From Armatimonadota bacterium (GTDB taxonomy: Bacteria > Vulcanimicrobiota > JACPDS01 > JBDRKI01): a DNA stretch of 64,000 nt. Every line of letters starts with the position of its first letter. Position 1 is the first letter of the stretch. The translations under genes were made by a program, and so were the position numbers. The notes beneath the pieces were generated by a model that searched no databases, had not been told where the DNA came from, and was given only the letters and a program-made list of their open reading frames with translations. The stretch covers positions 14,666-78,665 of the forward strand of contig JBDRKI010000054.1 of the NCBI GenBank assembly GCA_043814095.1. Reading direction: 5' to 3'. Positions 27,729 through 37,943 of the stretch are shown here, one piece after another.

Positions 27729-28943
27729 TTATCGTTTTTGCATTTCGTAAGTTTTATTTTTTACATTCTCCGCGAAATTCTTCCCGAATTCATAACATTT
27801 TTCAAGTTCGTTCCGGTCCGGAACATACTGCAGGCCTAATGAGGGCTGTATAATCTCTATTCCGGCAATTTTTAAAAATTCTTCTATTTGCTTCACCGCT
27901 CCCCCTGCCCATCCGTAAGAACCGAATGATGCTCCTATTCTATTTTTTGGCTTAAAGCCCTTTACAAGCTCCAAAAATCCCGCAAGATTAGGGAGCATGT
28001 TGTTATCATGGGTTGACGAACCGGCAATATACCCTCGACTTAAAAGCATATCCTTTATTACTTCCGTCCTGTCGGAAACATTTATATCGTAAAGCTTTAC
28101 GCTTACCCCCGCGGCGGTTATGCCTTCTACTATTTTATCGGCCATCTTCTTTGTGGCGCCCCACATTGTTTCATAAATAACCACGATATTTTCCCGGGGG
28201 TTGTTTTCAGCCCATCCGGCATACGCGTTTATTATCTTTAACGGATCTGCTCTCCATATAATGCCATGGCTCGGGGCAATCATCTTTATAGGGATGTTTA
28301 ATTTCTTAATCTCCTCTATTTTCCTTAAAACAAGACCGCTGAAAGGCCATAAAATATTAGCGTAATACTTTACCGCTTCCTCCATTAATGCGCCCTGGTC
28401 AACCTCATTATCAAATCTTCCGGATGAAGCATAATGCTGGCCGAACGCGTCATTGGGAAAGAGTATCTGGTCTTCGGCAATGTATGTAAACATGCTGTCA
28501 GGCCAGTGAAGCATTGGGGCTTCAATAAAGGTAAGGTTTCTTTTTCCTAAATTTAACTTATCTGCGGATTTTACGATATTAAAATCCCAGTCTTTAAAAT
28601 AATGTTTATACAGGCCTTCTTTGCATTTCGCCGTGCAGAAAATTTTCGCGCCGGGACAGTGCTCCATAATATGGGGGAGCGCTCCCGAGTGATCGTCTTC
28701 AACATGGTTCGCGACAACATAATCTATTTTTGAAGGGTCAACCACCTGCCTTATACTATCAATGAGCTTTTCTTTAAAACCCGCGTGCACGCCGTCTATC
28801 AATGTAATTTTTTCATCCATAATTAAATATGAATTATATGTAGTGCCCCTTCTTGTAGTATAGGTATGTCCGTGAAAGTTCCTTATATTCCAGTCAACAG
28901 CCCCTACCCAGTAAACATTTTCCGCTATTTTTACAGCTGACAT
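27729..28943 (-). CDS. fprA: Flavodiiron protein (FprA/ROO; O2 or NO reductase)
   Basis: [30 protein letters not shown] and FGSYGW. Confidence 0.95.
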   Translation of the reverse strand: MSAVKIAENVYWVGAVDWNIRNFHGHTYTTRRGTTYNSYLIMDEKITLIDGVHAGFKEKLIDSIRQVVDPSKIDYVVANHVEDDHSGALPHIMEHCPGAKIFCTAKCKEGLYKHYFKDWDFNIVKSADKLNLGKRNLTFIEAPMLHWPDSMFTYIAEDQILFPNDAFGQHYASSGRFDNEVDQGALMEEAVKYYANILWPFSGLVLRKIEEIKKLNIPIKMIAPSHGIIWRADPLKIINAYAGWAENNPRENIVVIYETMWGATKKMADKIVEGITAAGVSVKLYDINVSDRTEVIKDMLLSRGYIAGSSTHDNNMLPNLAGFLELVKGFKPKNRIGASFGSYGWAGGAVKQIEEFLKIAGIEIIQPSLGLQYVPDRNELEKCYEFGKNFAENVKNKTYEMQKR

Positions 28944-28973
28944 TTTTATTTTCTCCTTTTTTGATTTACATAT

Positions 28974-29372
28974 TTATAAACATTTTTTGCATATGCCTTT
29001 GAAGTAGCCGTGAATCTCTTCTATTTTATTTCCTTCTATCGCCTTCTTCTTAATATGGGGACACGGTATATCTATATCTATTATCTTTCCGCACTTTTTA
29101 CATAAAAAATGATGGTGGGTTAATGTATCAGGATCGTACCTTGCCTCATCGGCGGTTATAGTCAATTCATTTATAATATTATTTTCAGCAAATGTATTAA
29201 GAGTATTGTAGATAGTGGTTTTTGAAATACCCGGTATCTGTTTTAATATATCATTATATATTCTGTCTGCCGTAGGGTGATCTTTTCTTCCCGTAATGTT
29301 CTTAAGGATAATACACCTCTGGTAGGAATAACTTATCCCTTTTGATTCCATAAGCTCTTTTAGGTCTTTCAC
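28974..29372 (-). CDS. perR: Fur-family regulator, PerR-like
   Basis: DHPTAD, TIYNTL, HHHFLCKKCGKIIDI and C-terminal CKKC; heads the oxidative-stress gene run. Confidence 0.8.
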   Translation of the reverse strand: MKDLKELMESKGISYSYQRCIILKNITGRKDHPTADRIYNDILKQIPGISKTTIYNTLNTFAENNIINELTITADEARYDPDTLTHHHFLCKKCGKIIDIDIPCPHIKKKAIEGNKIEEIHGYFKGICKKCL

Positions 29373-29388
29373 GGGGCACCCTCTCTGT

Positions 29389-29452
29389 TTGCAATGATTG
29401 CAATATTGTAACGATTACAAATTTATTATACCTACACATCTAGTTTTGTCAA
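29389..29452 (-). promoter_or_regulatory. Consensus sigma70 promoter followed by two 7-1-7 inverted-repeat operators (Fur/PerR-type)
   Basis: TTGACA (29452-29447)-N16-TATAAT (29430-29425); TTGCAAT-G-ATTGCAA at 29389-29403 and TTGTAAC-G-ATTACAA at 29406-29420. Confidence 0.8.
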
Positions 29453-29460
29453 GTTTAGAC

Positions 29461-32151
29461 TTAAAAAGTATCGTCCGAGAATTTTTTAAATCTTACCGGC
29501 TTTAAAATCTGCCCGGCAACAAGAGGAATTAAGCTCATCCCCAGAATAAGCATCCATCCTTTAAGTCCGGGACCTGTAAGTTTTAAAACCCGGCTCAATA
29601 CGGGCACATAAACCGCGCAGAGCAGAAGCCCGATACATAAAACTATTGAACCCCAGACATAAATATTTTTAGTAACGGAATTAACGAAAAAGTTTGAATC
29701 GTTATCGCGCATGTTAAAAACATGCCATAACTGGCTCATCGCCAGAACCATAAAAGAAACGGTTACGGCACCGCGCTCATGCATACCTAAAAAATTCATC
29801 GCGATAAATAAAGCGCCGAGCACCGAAACCGTTATTAAAAAACCGTATAAAGCCACACCCAACCAGTGTTTTTTTGTTAAAATCTGTTCGGTACTCTTGC
29901 GCGGCTTCTGATATTTTATATCAGGATCGCCCTCTCCTGCCCCCAGGGCAAGAGCGGGAAACACATCGGTCACAAGATTTAGAAACAGTATCTGAAGGGG
30001 CAGTATGGGCAGGGGGAGCGTTAAAACAGAAGCCAGAAAAACCGTCATAACCTCGCTTACATTGCATGATATAAGGTAGAAGACAAATTTACGGATATTA
30101 TTAAAGATAATGCGCCCCTGTTCAATGGCCGCGACAATGGTAGAGAAAGAATCATCTTTTAAAATCATATCCGAAGCTTCCTGGGCAACCTGCGTGCCCC
30201 GCTGGCCCATCGCGATGCCTATATCGGCTTTTTTAAGCGCCGGGGCATCATTCACTCCGTCCCCTGTCATCGCCACAACAGACCCGTTTTTCTGGTGGAT
30301 TTCTATAAGATCAAGCTTCTGTTTCGGTGTAACCCTTGCAAAAATCTTTGTCTCGATGATTTTTTCCCGGTCGCTCTGAGTCATCTCTTCGGGGGATATA
30401 AATTCCCTGCTTTCAACGACCTGCCTGCTTTCATCTTCAATAATCCCCAGAACCAGCGCGATATTTTTCGCGGTCTTAGACTGATCTCCCGTTACCATAA
30501 CAACTTCTATGCCGGAGCGTTTACACTGCTCTATCGCGCCTTTAACATCACTGCGCGGAGGGTCAAGAAGCCCCGCAAAACCGACAAATACCAGATCTTC
30601 ATACGGATTAACATCTTTATTTCCGGTAACTTTATACGCGAAAGCAAGAATTCTTAACCCCTGCTCCGCCATTGTGTCATTGCCCTTTATAAAATTTGCT
30701 TTATCCTCACCGGTTATTTCCGCAACCCCTTTATCGGTTAAAACCGAGCTGCACGCATTAAGTATGGACTCAGGCGCTCCTTTAACCGCGACATAATATC
30801 CGTCACTGTTTTTATGAAAAGTCGCCATCATCTTAATATCCGAATCAAAAGGCTCTTCCATTGCTTCAGGCATATCCTTAATAAGTCCGGCTCTGTCCAT
30901 ACCGGCTTTTAAGCCCGCTATTATAAGGGAGACTTCCAGAGGATCGCCGACAGGCTTGCCTTTGTCAAATGACGCATTATTACATAAGACACCTATCTTT
31001 AAAATTTCTTTAAGCCCGTTATCATCCGCGGGCTGAACAAGTCTTCCGTCTTTTTTAAATTCTCCTGAAGACCCAAGAGCATCGCCCGATACCGATATAT
31101 CCGATGAAGGCGTGATTATGTTTGTCACTGTCATCCTGTTCTCTGTGAGGGTACCGGTTTTGTCGGTACATATCACGCTTGTAGCGCCGAGGGTTTCAAC
31201 GGCGGAAAGCCTGTTTATAATGGCATTGCGCCGTGCCATCCGCAAGACGCCTCTCGCGAGCGCGATTGTGGCCACTATCGGGAGGCCTTCCGGTATAGCC
31301 GCAACAGCAAGAGCTATTGCTGTTTCTATCATTAAAAAGAGTTTTTTGCCCGTGAGAATACCGGCAACTGCCACTATGAAAGCGATAATAAGAGTTACCC
31401 ATATAAGCTTGCGCCCGAGCTGGTCAAGCCGCTTCTCTAAAGGAGTAACCTCTTCTTCCGCTTCTTCAACAAGCGCGGATATTTTTCCCAGCTCTGATTC
31501 CATACCGGTCGCCACAACAACACCTTGAGCGGAGCCCCTTGTTGCCGCAGTACCGCTGAAAAGCATATTTGTCCTGTCAACAACGGAAGAATCTTCTTTA
31601 ACCGGGTTTACGCTCTTGCCCACAGGGAGAGATTCACCTGTTAAGGTAGACTCGTCAATCTGCAGTTTAGATGCATGAACAAGCCTTATATCAGCGGTAA
31701 TAATATCCCCGCCCTCAAGTATTACAATATCTCCCGGCACAAGCTCTTGGGCGGGAATTTCTTTTACCTGCCCTGACCTTCTTACCTTTGTATTAACAAC
31801 GGTAAGCTTCCTTAACGCCTCCATTGACCGCACGCTTTTTAATTCGGTGAAAAATCCGATAAGTGTATTTATAATGATAACTGCTATAATAGCGGCACCC
31901 TCAAGCCAGTCCCCGAAAACAAATGCTACAACCGCGGCCGCCGCAAGAAGAGCTATGATTAAACTTTTAAACTGGCTTATAAATACTATCCACGCGCTTT
32001 TTCTTTTGGTTTCGCGTATGGCATTAGGACCGTATTCCTGCAGTCTCTTCCCTGCTTCCTCTTCAGATAAACCCGTATCCACAGAAACATCCAGTTCCTT
32101 AACTATATCTTCCCACGGCCTGCTCCAGGGAGAGCCGGACAATTTAATCAT
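29461..32151 (-). CDS. Cation-transporting P-type ATPase (P2A, Ca2+-type)
   Basis: LTGES, IPEGLP, ICTDKTGTLT, KGAPE, TGDGVNDAPALK and NLVTD. Confidence 0.93.
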   Translation of the reverse strand: MIKLSGSPWSRPWEDIVKELDVSVDTGLSEEEAGKRLQEYGPNAIRETKRKSAWIVFISQFKSLIIALLAAAAVVAFVFGDWLEGAAIIAVIIINTLIGFFTELKSVRSMEALRKLTVVNTKVRRSGQVKEIPAQELVPGDIVILEGGDIITADIRLVHASKLQIDESTLTGESLPVGKSVNPVKEDSSVVDRTNMLFSGTAATRGSAQGVVVATGMESELGKISALVEEAEEEVTPLEKRLDQLGRKLIWVTLIIAFIVAVAGILTGKKLFLMIETAIALAVAAIPEGLPIVATIALARGVLRMARRNAIINRLSAVETLGATSVICTDKTGTLTENRMTVTNIITPSSDISVSGDALGSSGEFKKDGRLVQPADDNGLKEILKIGVLCNNASFDKGKPVGDPLEVSLIIAGLKAGMDRAGLIKDMPEAMEEPFDSDIKMMATFHKNSDGYYVAVKGAPESILNACSSVLTDKGVAEITGEDKANFIKGNDTMAEQGLRILAFAYKVTGNKDVNPYEDLVFVGFAGLLDPPRSDVKGAIEQCKRSGIEVVMVTGDQSKTAKNIALVLGIIEDESRQVVESREFISPEEMTQSDREKIIETKIFARVTPKQKLDLIEIHQKNGSVVAMTGDGVNDAPALKKADIGIAMGQRGTQVAQEASDMILKDDSFSTIVAAIEQGRIIFNNIRKFVFYLISCNVSEVMTVFLASVLTLPLPILPLQILFLNLVTDVFPALALGAGEGDPDIKYQKPRKSTEQILTKKHWLGVALYGFLITVSVLGALFIAMNFLGMHERGAVTVSFMVLAMSQLWHVFNMRDNDSNFFVNSVTKNIYVWGSIVLCIGLLLCAVYVPVLSRVLKLTGPGLKGWMLILGMSLIPLVAGQILKPVRFKKFSDDTF

Positions 32152-32194
32152 AATACCGCCTCTTAAATATTTTATGTCATAATTTTATGTTTTA

Positions 32195-32252
32195 TTTCAT
32201 CATAAAACAATAAAAACCTTTCACAAAAGGAGAACTGCGCAAAATATAGAAC
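32195..32252. promoter_or_regulatory. Divergent sigma-H-like promoters
   Basis: AGGA-N17-GAAC on plus (32228-32252); AGGT-N17-GAAA on minus (32219-32195). Confidence 0.55.
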
Positions 32253-32286
32253 TTTAACGGTAAAAATTATAATAAGGAAGTTAAAA

Positions 32287-32994
32287 ATGTTTATTAAAAA
32301 AAATAAAATTGCCATTCTGGTTGTTTTTCTTTTGCTTGCCTGTAATTACGCAAACGCGGATCTTAGCTCAAATTTTACCCTGACACATATAAATATTGAC
32401 AGTCCGACAAACGGAAATCTATTCAAATACAAAGATCCTTTTCACGCCCACGCCTTCATACAGGGAACAGGCACAGGAACAATCCTGGGATACTGGTATA
32501 TGGATGACATACCTCTTGATTATTTCTACTGCAATATGACAAACGGAAGGACTGTGCAGATTTCAACAAAAAACAACCTCTTTACATCTGACGGGGGGTC
32601 GCATAACCTTTATATTAAGATAATAAGCCCCGACAACACGGTCTCAAACACCGTCTTTTATAATGTAACCGAAGCCTCTTCCAATACGGCGAAACTATTC
32701 GCACCTAAAATGGGAGCCGTATTTGCCGGAAAAGATCCTCCCCCTTCATTTCAATGGACACCTGTCCCCAATATGCTTAAATACAAAATTGCGCTTGTTG
32801 AAAACACGGACCATTTTGACGAGATTAACTGGCAGGATGTACCCGCAAATTCATGGACACCTTCTAAAGAATACTGGGAAAAACTTTCCCCTGGAACATA
32901 TTACTGGGCTGTTAAAAGCATCGGTACGGATAATCATGAATATCCCTTAAGCAAAGTCTCTTATTTCAGGATAATTGACAGTAGTTCTTTATAA
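32287..32994 (+). CDS. Secreted two-domain beta-sandwich protein (paralog A)
   Basis: Signal peptide; GYWYMDDIPLDYF domain plus FN3-like domain ending LSPGTYYWAVK. Confidence 0.7.
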   Translation: MFIKKNKIAILVVFLLLACNYANADLSSNFTLTHINIDSPTNGNLFKYKDPFHAHAFIQGTGTGTILGYWYMDDIPLDYFYCNMTNGRTVQISTKNNLFTSDGGSHNLYIKIISPDNTVSNTVFYNVTEASSNTAKLFAPKMGAVFAGKDPPPSFQWTPVPNMLKYKIALVENTDHFDEINWQDVPANSWTPSKEYWEKLSPGTYYWAVKSIGTDNHEYPLSKVSYFRIIDSSSL

Positions 32995-33018
32995 AAGTTT
33001 TAATTTTAAAATTATTTT

Positions 33019-33059
33019 AAAAAATCCTTGAGATTTTCTACAATTTTCAAGGATTTTTT
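33019..33059 (+). terminator. Intrinsic terminator-like hairpin overlapping a sigma-H-like -35
   Basis: AAAAAATCCTTGA / TCAAGGATTTTTT inverted repeat. Confidence 0.6.
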
Positions 33060-33114
33060 ATTTTAACATAGAAAAGCAAAATTATTGTATTAATTTGCGA
33101 AAGGAAGTCTTATT

Positions 33115-34512
33115 ATGCTGAAGATTTTAAATAGGAAATTATTCATTATTTATATTATAGTTCTGCTTTTATTCCTGTTCTTTTCATTCTCCGCAGTAAT
33201 GGCAGACGGGGTAATAACATCCACCACCCCGGGAAGCGGAGCAACCGGAGTTGCTCTTAACCAGGTAATAAGGGTAACCTTTGATAAGCCATGTGATATT
33301 GCTTCTGTCCCCGCTAATCCTTTAACAAATACAAACTCAGGAGGTGCGGTGCCGGGCGCGGTAAGCTTCGCGGACGCCAACAGAACTATGGTATTTACCT
33401 CTTCTTCCGGCTTATCCATTAATACCAATTATACAATGTGCGTTGCGGGAACCACTTTTACCGGGGGCGCTGAAAATCTCGCAGGCGCAACAAGTTTTAC
33501 ATTTACGACAATTAACACCCCCGCAAGCGTAAATGTTTCCGTGGTGCCGGATTCAACGCATATAGGCATAGACCAGCCCATAGTGGCAACATATATATTC
33601 ACGGAGCATACCGGAGTAAATATAAATATTACAAACTCAAGCGCTTCTTTTTTAAACAGCAGTATGAACATTATAGGAACGGCAAACATTCCCGTAAATT
33701 TCAGCATTCCCGGCGGGAGGCAGAGCCGCTACAGCGACCATGTTTATATCCCGAACAATGCAAAGAACAGCCTGCGCGACGGAAGATTAACTTACAGAAG
33801 GTATTTTTACGGCACCGATGCGGGCGGGAATTCCATAACGGTTTCCGGGGATGTAAACATTACGGTTACTTCGTCTTTAGGAGCTAAGTTTACCGTGACC
33901 CAGATTACCATAGATGTTCCTACCAATAATTCACTGTATAACCATCATGAATTTTTCTCAGGCAGGGCATTTATAGAGGGTACCGGGAGCGGGATAGTTG
34001 AAGGATACTGGTATATGGATGATATACCGCTTGATTATTTTTACAGCCATATGACAAACGGCGTAACTTTACAGGTATTTACCCAGAATAAACTTTTCAC
34101 ATCAAACTACGGCACTCATAAATTATGGATAAGAACAGTCTCTCCCAATCCCCTTGATTCAAACAAACTTTATTATTCCGTTACGGATGGAGTTCCGGGA
34201 GCTGTGGTATTAAGCACGCCCGCGAAAGGCAAAACCTTTGAAAAAGGAGATACTGTGCCGGCATTTACATGGTCAGCGGCATCAAACAGTTTAGGATACA
34301 AGATTGCGATTGTTACAGATAAAAAAGATTTTGACAAGGCCGAATGGATAGAAGTTAAAAACAACAGATGGGTGCCGTCTGTGGACTTCTGGCAGAAATT
34401 ATCACCCGGTACATACTACTGGGCGGTTAAAAACATAGGGCTTGATAATAAAGCCGGAGAAAGAAGCAAGGCTTTCTATTTTAAGATAAAAGAAAAAGCC
34501 AAGCGAAAATAA
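33115..34512 (+). CDS. Secreted Ig-like protein (paralog B): Big_5-like domain, second domain, then the shared two-domain module
   Basis: ITSTTPGSGATGVALNQVIRVTFDKP; GYWYMDDIPLDYF; LSPGTYYWAVK. Confidence 0.75.
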   Translation: MLKILNRKLFIIYIIVLLLFLFFSFSAVMADGVITSTTPGSGATGVALNQVIRVTFDKPCDIASVPANPLTNTNSGGAVPGAVSFADANRTMVFTSSSGLSINTNYTMCVAGTTFTGGAENLAGATSFTFTTINTPASVNVSVVPDSTHIGIDQPIVATYIFTEHTGVNINITNSSASFLNSSMNIIGTANIPVNFSIPGGRQSRYSDHVYIPNNAKNSLRDGRLTYRRYFYGTDAGGNSITVSGDVNITVTSSLGAKFTVTQITIDVPTNNSLYNHHEFFSGRAFIEGTGSGIVEGYWYMDDIPLDYFYSHMTNGVTLQVFTQNKLFTSNYGTHKLWIRTVSPNPLDSNKLYYSVTDGVPGAVVLSTPAKGKTFEKGDTVPAFTWSAASNSLGYKIAIVTDKKDFDKAEWIEVKNNRWVPSVDFWQKLSPGTYYWAVKNIGLDNKAGERSKAFYFKIKEKAKRK

Positions 34513-34527
34513 TTTGAGGGTCAATTT

Positions 34528-37500
34528 ATGATTATAAAAAAGCAGCTAGTAAGGCATATTGTAATCACAGCGGTTGTTCTGCTGTTTTTATTCGCCGCTT
34601 CCGCATTGCATGCGGAAGCGTTCCAGCTTGTAAGCAGTGACCCGGCTACCGGCGCGACGGGTGTCGCAAGAACAGCCACAATAAGACTGACATTTGACTA
34701 TGACTTAGCTCCTACAACCGTAGACCTTGCGGTCCTGCGCGATTCACAGGGAAATACTGTAAGCTATTCTTCAAACTACACATATCCCGGATATACGGTA
34801 TATTACACTACTTATCCTATGTCATACAACACAACTTACACATTTGACTTCAGCAATGTGAAATTTAATGATATGAGTTCCCAGGCAGGCGCAACATCCA
34901 TATCCTTCACCACAGTTGCGGCGCCGGTTATATCAAGCACAACGCCCGCAAGCGGGGCAACAGGCGTTGCTGTAAATCAAGCGGTAACGGTAAATTTCAA
35001 CAGAGCTTATGACGCAACAAGCGTCCCGGCAAGCCCCTTAACTAATTCAAATACTGGCGGGCGCATAGCGGGAGCATGGTCATATCCCAGCACTACCTCG
35101 GCAACTTTTACCCCTACCGCAAGATTAGATTACAACACCAATTATTTAATGGAAATGGCGGGCACAACCTTTAATGCGGGAGCCGAGACCTTAACGGGAA
35201 CAACAAATTTCAGGTTCCAGACATTAAATACCCCTGCGAACATAAATCTTACGGTAACGCCTTCTACCGCGTCCATTGCCGTAGACCAGCCCATAGCAGC
35301 CACCTATATATTCACGGAGACCACCGGGCGCAGTGTAACAATAACCAGGTCAACCGCGGACTTTTTAAACAGCAGCAACTCTATTGTGGCGCAGGAAAAC
35401 ATATCAAATAATTTTACCATCACAGGGGGCGGCCAGAGCCAGTACAGCGACAGGATGTATATACCCGACAGGATAAGAAGCAGCTTCCCTGACGGACAGC
35501 TTACTTACCGGAGAACTTTTTACGGCACGGACTCCGGAGGCAACGCTGTTACCGTATCGGCAGATGTTGCCGTTAACATTACATCATCTCTGGGAGCTAC
35601 ATTCAGTGTAAATAAAATAACAATTGATACGCCTACCAATAACACCATATTTAAATACCTGGGAGATTTCTCAGCCCGCGCGTTTATAGAAGGCTCCGGC
35701 ACGGGCGCGATTGAAGGGTACTGGTATATGGATGATATACCCCTTGATTATTTCCGTATAAATATGTTAAACGGCGTTACAACACAGGCATTTACGAATA
35801 ACCGGCTTTTCACGACCAACTACGGGGATCATAAGCTCTCAATAAGACTGATACAGCCGAATTCCATTGATTCAAACACAGCGCATTACAATGTAAGTAC
35901 GGGAGCTTCAAATATAGCGGAATTAAATACCCCGGCGAAGGGTGCGGCTTTCAGATACGCCGGAACCCCGCCCGCGTTTACATGGGCGGCAGTCCCTAAA
36001 ATACTGGGATATAAAATCGCGATTGTAAAAAATCCCAATGAATTTGAATCTGCGATGTGGCAGAGATCCAATAATAACTACTGGAAGCCGCTTGAAAGCT
36101 ACTGGAAAAACTTAGAACCCGGAAAATATTACTGGGCGGTCAAAGTAATCAGCCTTGACGGCAGGGATTCTCCCTTAAGTAAAATATTTTACTTCACGAT
36201 AAAAGAAGAGCTGACAAGTTCACGGAAAAAACCCGATGAAAAACTTTTAGCATACCTGCCGGACAGCAAAGATACAAATTTCTTCTTTGCCTCTCCGAGA
36301 AGCAACGGCAACAGCTTCGCTTACACGGCCGACGCGGAGGAAGAAGGCGAAAAAACGCCCCTTATCCAGGGGAACATGAACTCAACTTTTATATCAAGCG
36401 AAGCGCTTAACACAAGAACCCCTTTATACAACCGCACACACAACTTAACAATAAACCAGCCGTTTAAAAACGGGAGCTTTTCCTTTACCGGAAACTGGGC
36501 TACCAACCCGAACGATTACGAAGTCGGCACGCAGGTAAGCGACTATAATTTCTCGTTAAACTACGGACCGGGAAATGTATCTTTCGGAACACTCGGCTTT
36601 AACCAGTCCGAATTCTCGCTTTATTCGCAGAGCAAACCCGGAACTTCTGGCGACATACAGATAGGAAGCGCTAAGATATACTTTAACAGAATATCCGATA
36701 ACGGCAGGGACGCATTATACAAATCCGCCTCCGGCAAGCTTACCGAGATGGAATGCTGGGCCGTTGAACCGTTTAAAACAAGCGGGAGCGAAGCGCTTAA
36801 GGTGGTTTATCTCAAAGGCAAGGAAAGGCCGGATCTTGAAGTTCCCAATTCAACTTATATTAACCCGACCGACAGCAAAGTTATATCTTTTATGGCGCAG
36901 AAATCATTTCTTAACGATAAGTTTACCCTGGGAGGCGAGCACTGCAGGGGCTATTACAACAAAAACTTAACCCTTGATCTTACAAGATATGATAATGCTA
37001 CAAAGCTTGAAGCGGGTGCGCAGGCCGGAGATTTTGAATTTAATTCAAACTACAGGTATCTGGGGTCTAATTTCGGCACAATCGGCAACCCCTACCTTGA
37101 AAAAGACCAGTGCAGTTTTGAAAACTCCGCCGGCTGGAAGCTCGGGGAAGACGCAAGAGCAAGGTACCTGTTCGGCAAGACCTTTAACAAGCTGGATAAT
37201 TCCCCGTTAACGGTTGGAGCCCAGAGCAATAATAATGAAATCGGCATAGAACTCAACCCTAAAGGCAAAGGCTGGCCTTCAATGATATCCTTTAACCAAA
37301 GCTTAAATAATGTTAACACAGAGCCCACAGCATGGGCCAACTCGTCAATAACCGAAACAAGCACATCTGCCTATAACATGAGCTGGCCGGTAAGCGACAC
37401 TATAAGTTTAAATATGGGCCATACTTTTACCCACTACAACGATCTTTCAAACCAGAACTCCGATACCGCGACAAATTCGGTAAATATGGGCGCTATGGTT

Positions 37501-37866
37501 ATGGGTAAAAAATTCAGTCTCTCCTGCAACTACTCAAGCAATGTAAGCAGGAACCTCGATACAAGCATTGACAGCATATTCGGCTCTGTTTACCTTCAGG
37601 CAAACTACACCCTTATACCAAATAAACTTACGCTGAACCTGACACATTCAAAAAGCATGAGCGAAGGCACATGGTCCAAAAACAATAATGATATAACCGA
37701 CTTCAGGGTGGATTATAAGCTAACAAGCCGCATTATCAACCGTGACGAAGAATTCACAATTACAATGCTGTATAAACTCAAAAACACCGTTGATTTTATG
37801 TACCCTGACGTAAACGCGAGTTTGGGCAATATCGTGCTCCAGATAACAAACTTGTTTAATTTCTAA
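34528..37866 (+). CDS. Large surface protein (paralog C): two Big_5-like domains, shared module and probable C-terminal outer-membrane beta-barrel
   Basis: Two SxxPAxGATGVA repeats; GYWYMDDIPLDYF; ~500-aa C-region of amphipathic strands (YRYLGSNFGTIGNPY), terminal Phe. Confidence 0.7.
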   Translation: MIIKKQLVRHIVITAVVLLFLFAASALHAEAFQLVSSDPATGATGVARTATIRLTFDYDLAPTTVDLAVLRDSQGNTVSYSSNYTYPGYTVYYTTYPMSYNTTYTFDFSNVKFNDMSSQAGATSISFTTVAAPVISSTTPASGATGVAVNQAVTVNFNRAYDATSVPASPLTNSNTGGRIAGAWSYPSTTSATFTPTARLDYNTNYLMEMAGTTFNAGAETLTGTTNFRFQTLNTPANINLTVTPSTASIAVDQPIAATYIFTETTGRSVTITRSTADFLNSSNSIVAQENISNNFTITGGGQSQYSDRMYIPDRIRSSFPDGQLTYRRTFYGTDSGGNAVTVSADVAVNITSSLGATFSVNKITIDTPTNNTIFKYLGDFSARAFIEGSGTGAIEGYWYMDDIPLDYFRINMLNGVTTQAFTNNRLFTTNYGDHKLSIRLIQPNSIDSNTAHYNVSTGASNIAELNTPAKGAAFRYAGTPPAFTWAAVPKILGYKIAIVKNPNEFESAMWQRSNNNYWKPLESYWKNLEPGKYYWAVKVISLDGRDSPLSKIFYFTIKEELTSSRKKPDEKLLAYLPDSKDTNFFFASPRSNGNSFAYTADAEEEGEKTPLIQGNMNSTFISSEALNTRTPLYNRTHNLTINQPFKNGSFSFTGNWATNPNDYEVGTQVSDYNFSLNYGPGNVSFGTLGFNQSEFSLYSQSKPGTSGDIQIGSAKIYFNRISDNGRDALYKSASGKLTEMECWAVEPFKTSGSEALKVVYLKGKERPDLEVPNSTYINPTDSKVISFMAQKSFLNDKFTLGGEHCRGYYNKNLTLDLTRYDNATKLEAGAQAGDFEFNSNYRYLGSNFGTIGNPYLEKDQCSFENSAGWKLGEDARARYLFGKTFNKLDNSPLTVGAQSNNNEIGIELNPKGKGWPSMISFNQSLNNVNTEPTAWANSSITETSTSAYNMSWPVSDTISLNMGHTFTHYNDLSNQNSDTATNSVNMGAMVMGKKFSLSCNYSSNVSRNLDTSIDSIFGSVYLQANYTLIPNKLTLNLTHSKSMSEGTWSKNNNDITDFRVDYKLTSRIINRDEEFTITMLYKLKNTVDFMYPDVNASLGNIVLQITNLFNF

Positions 37867-37943
37867 AAATACATTTTCCCGCTTTTTTATAATTTAAATA
37901 TTATAAAGAAATACCACCTATTTTATACAAGGAGAAGTAAATT

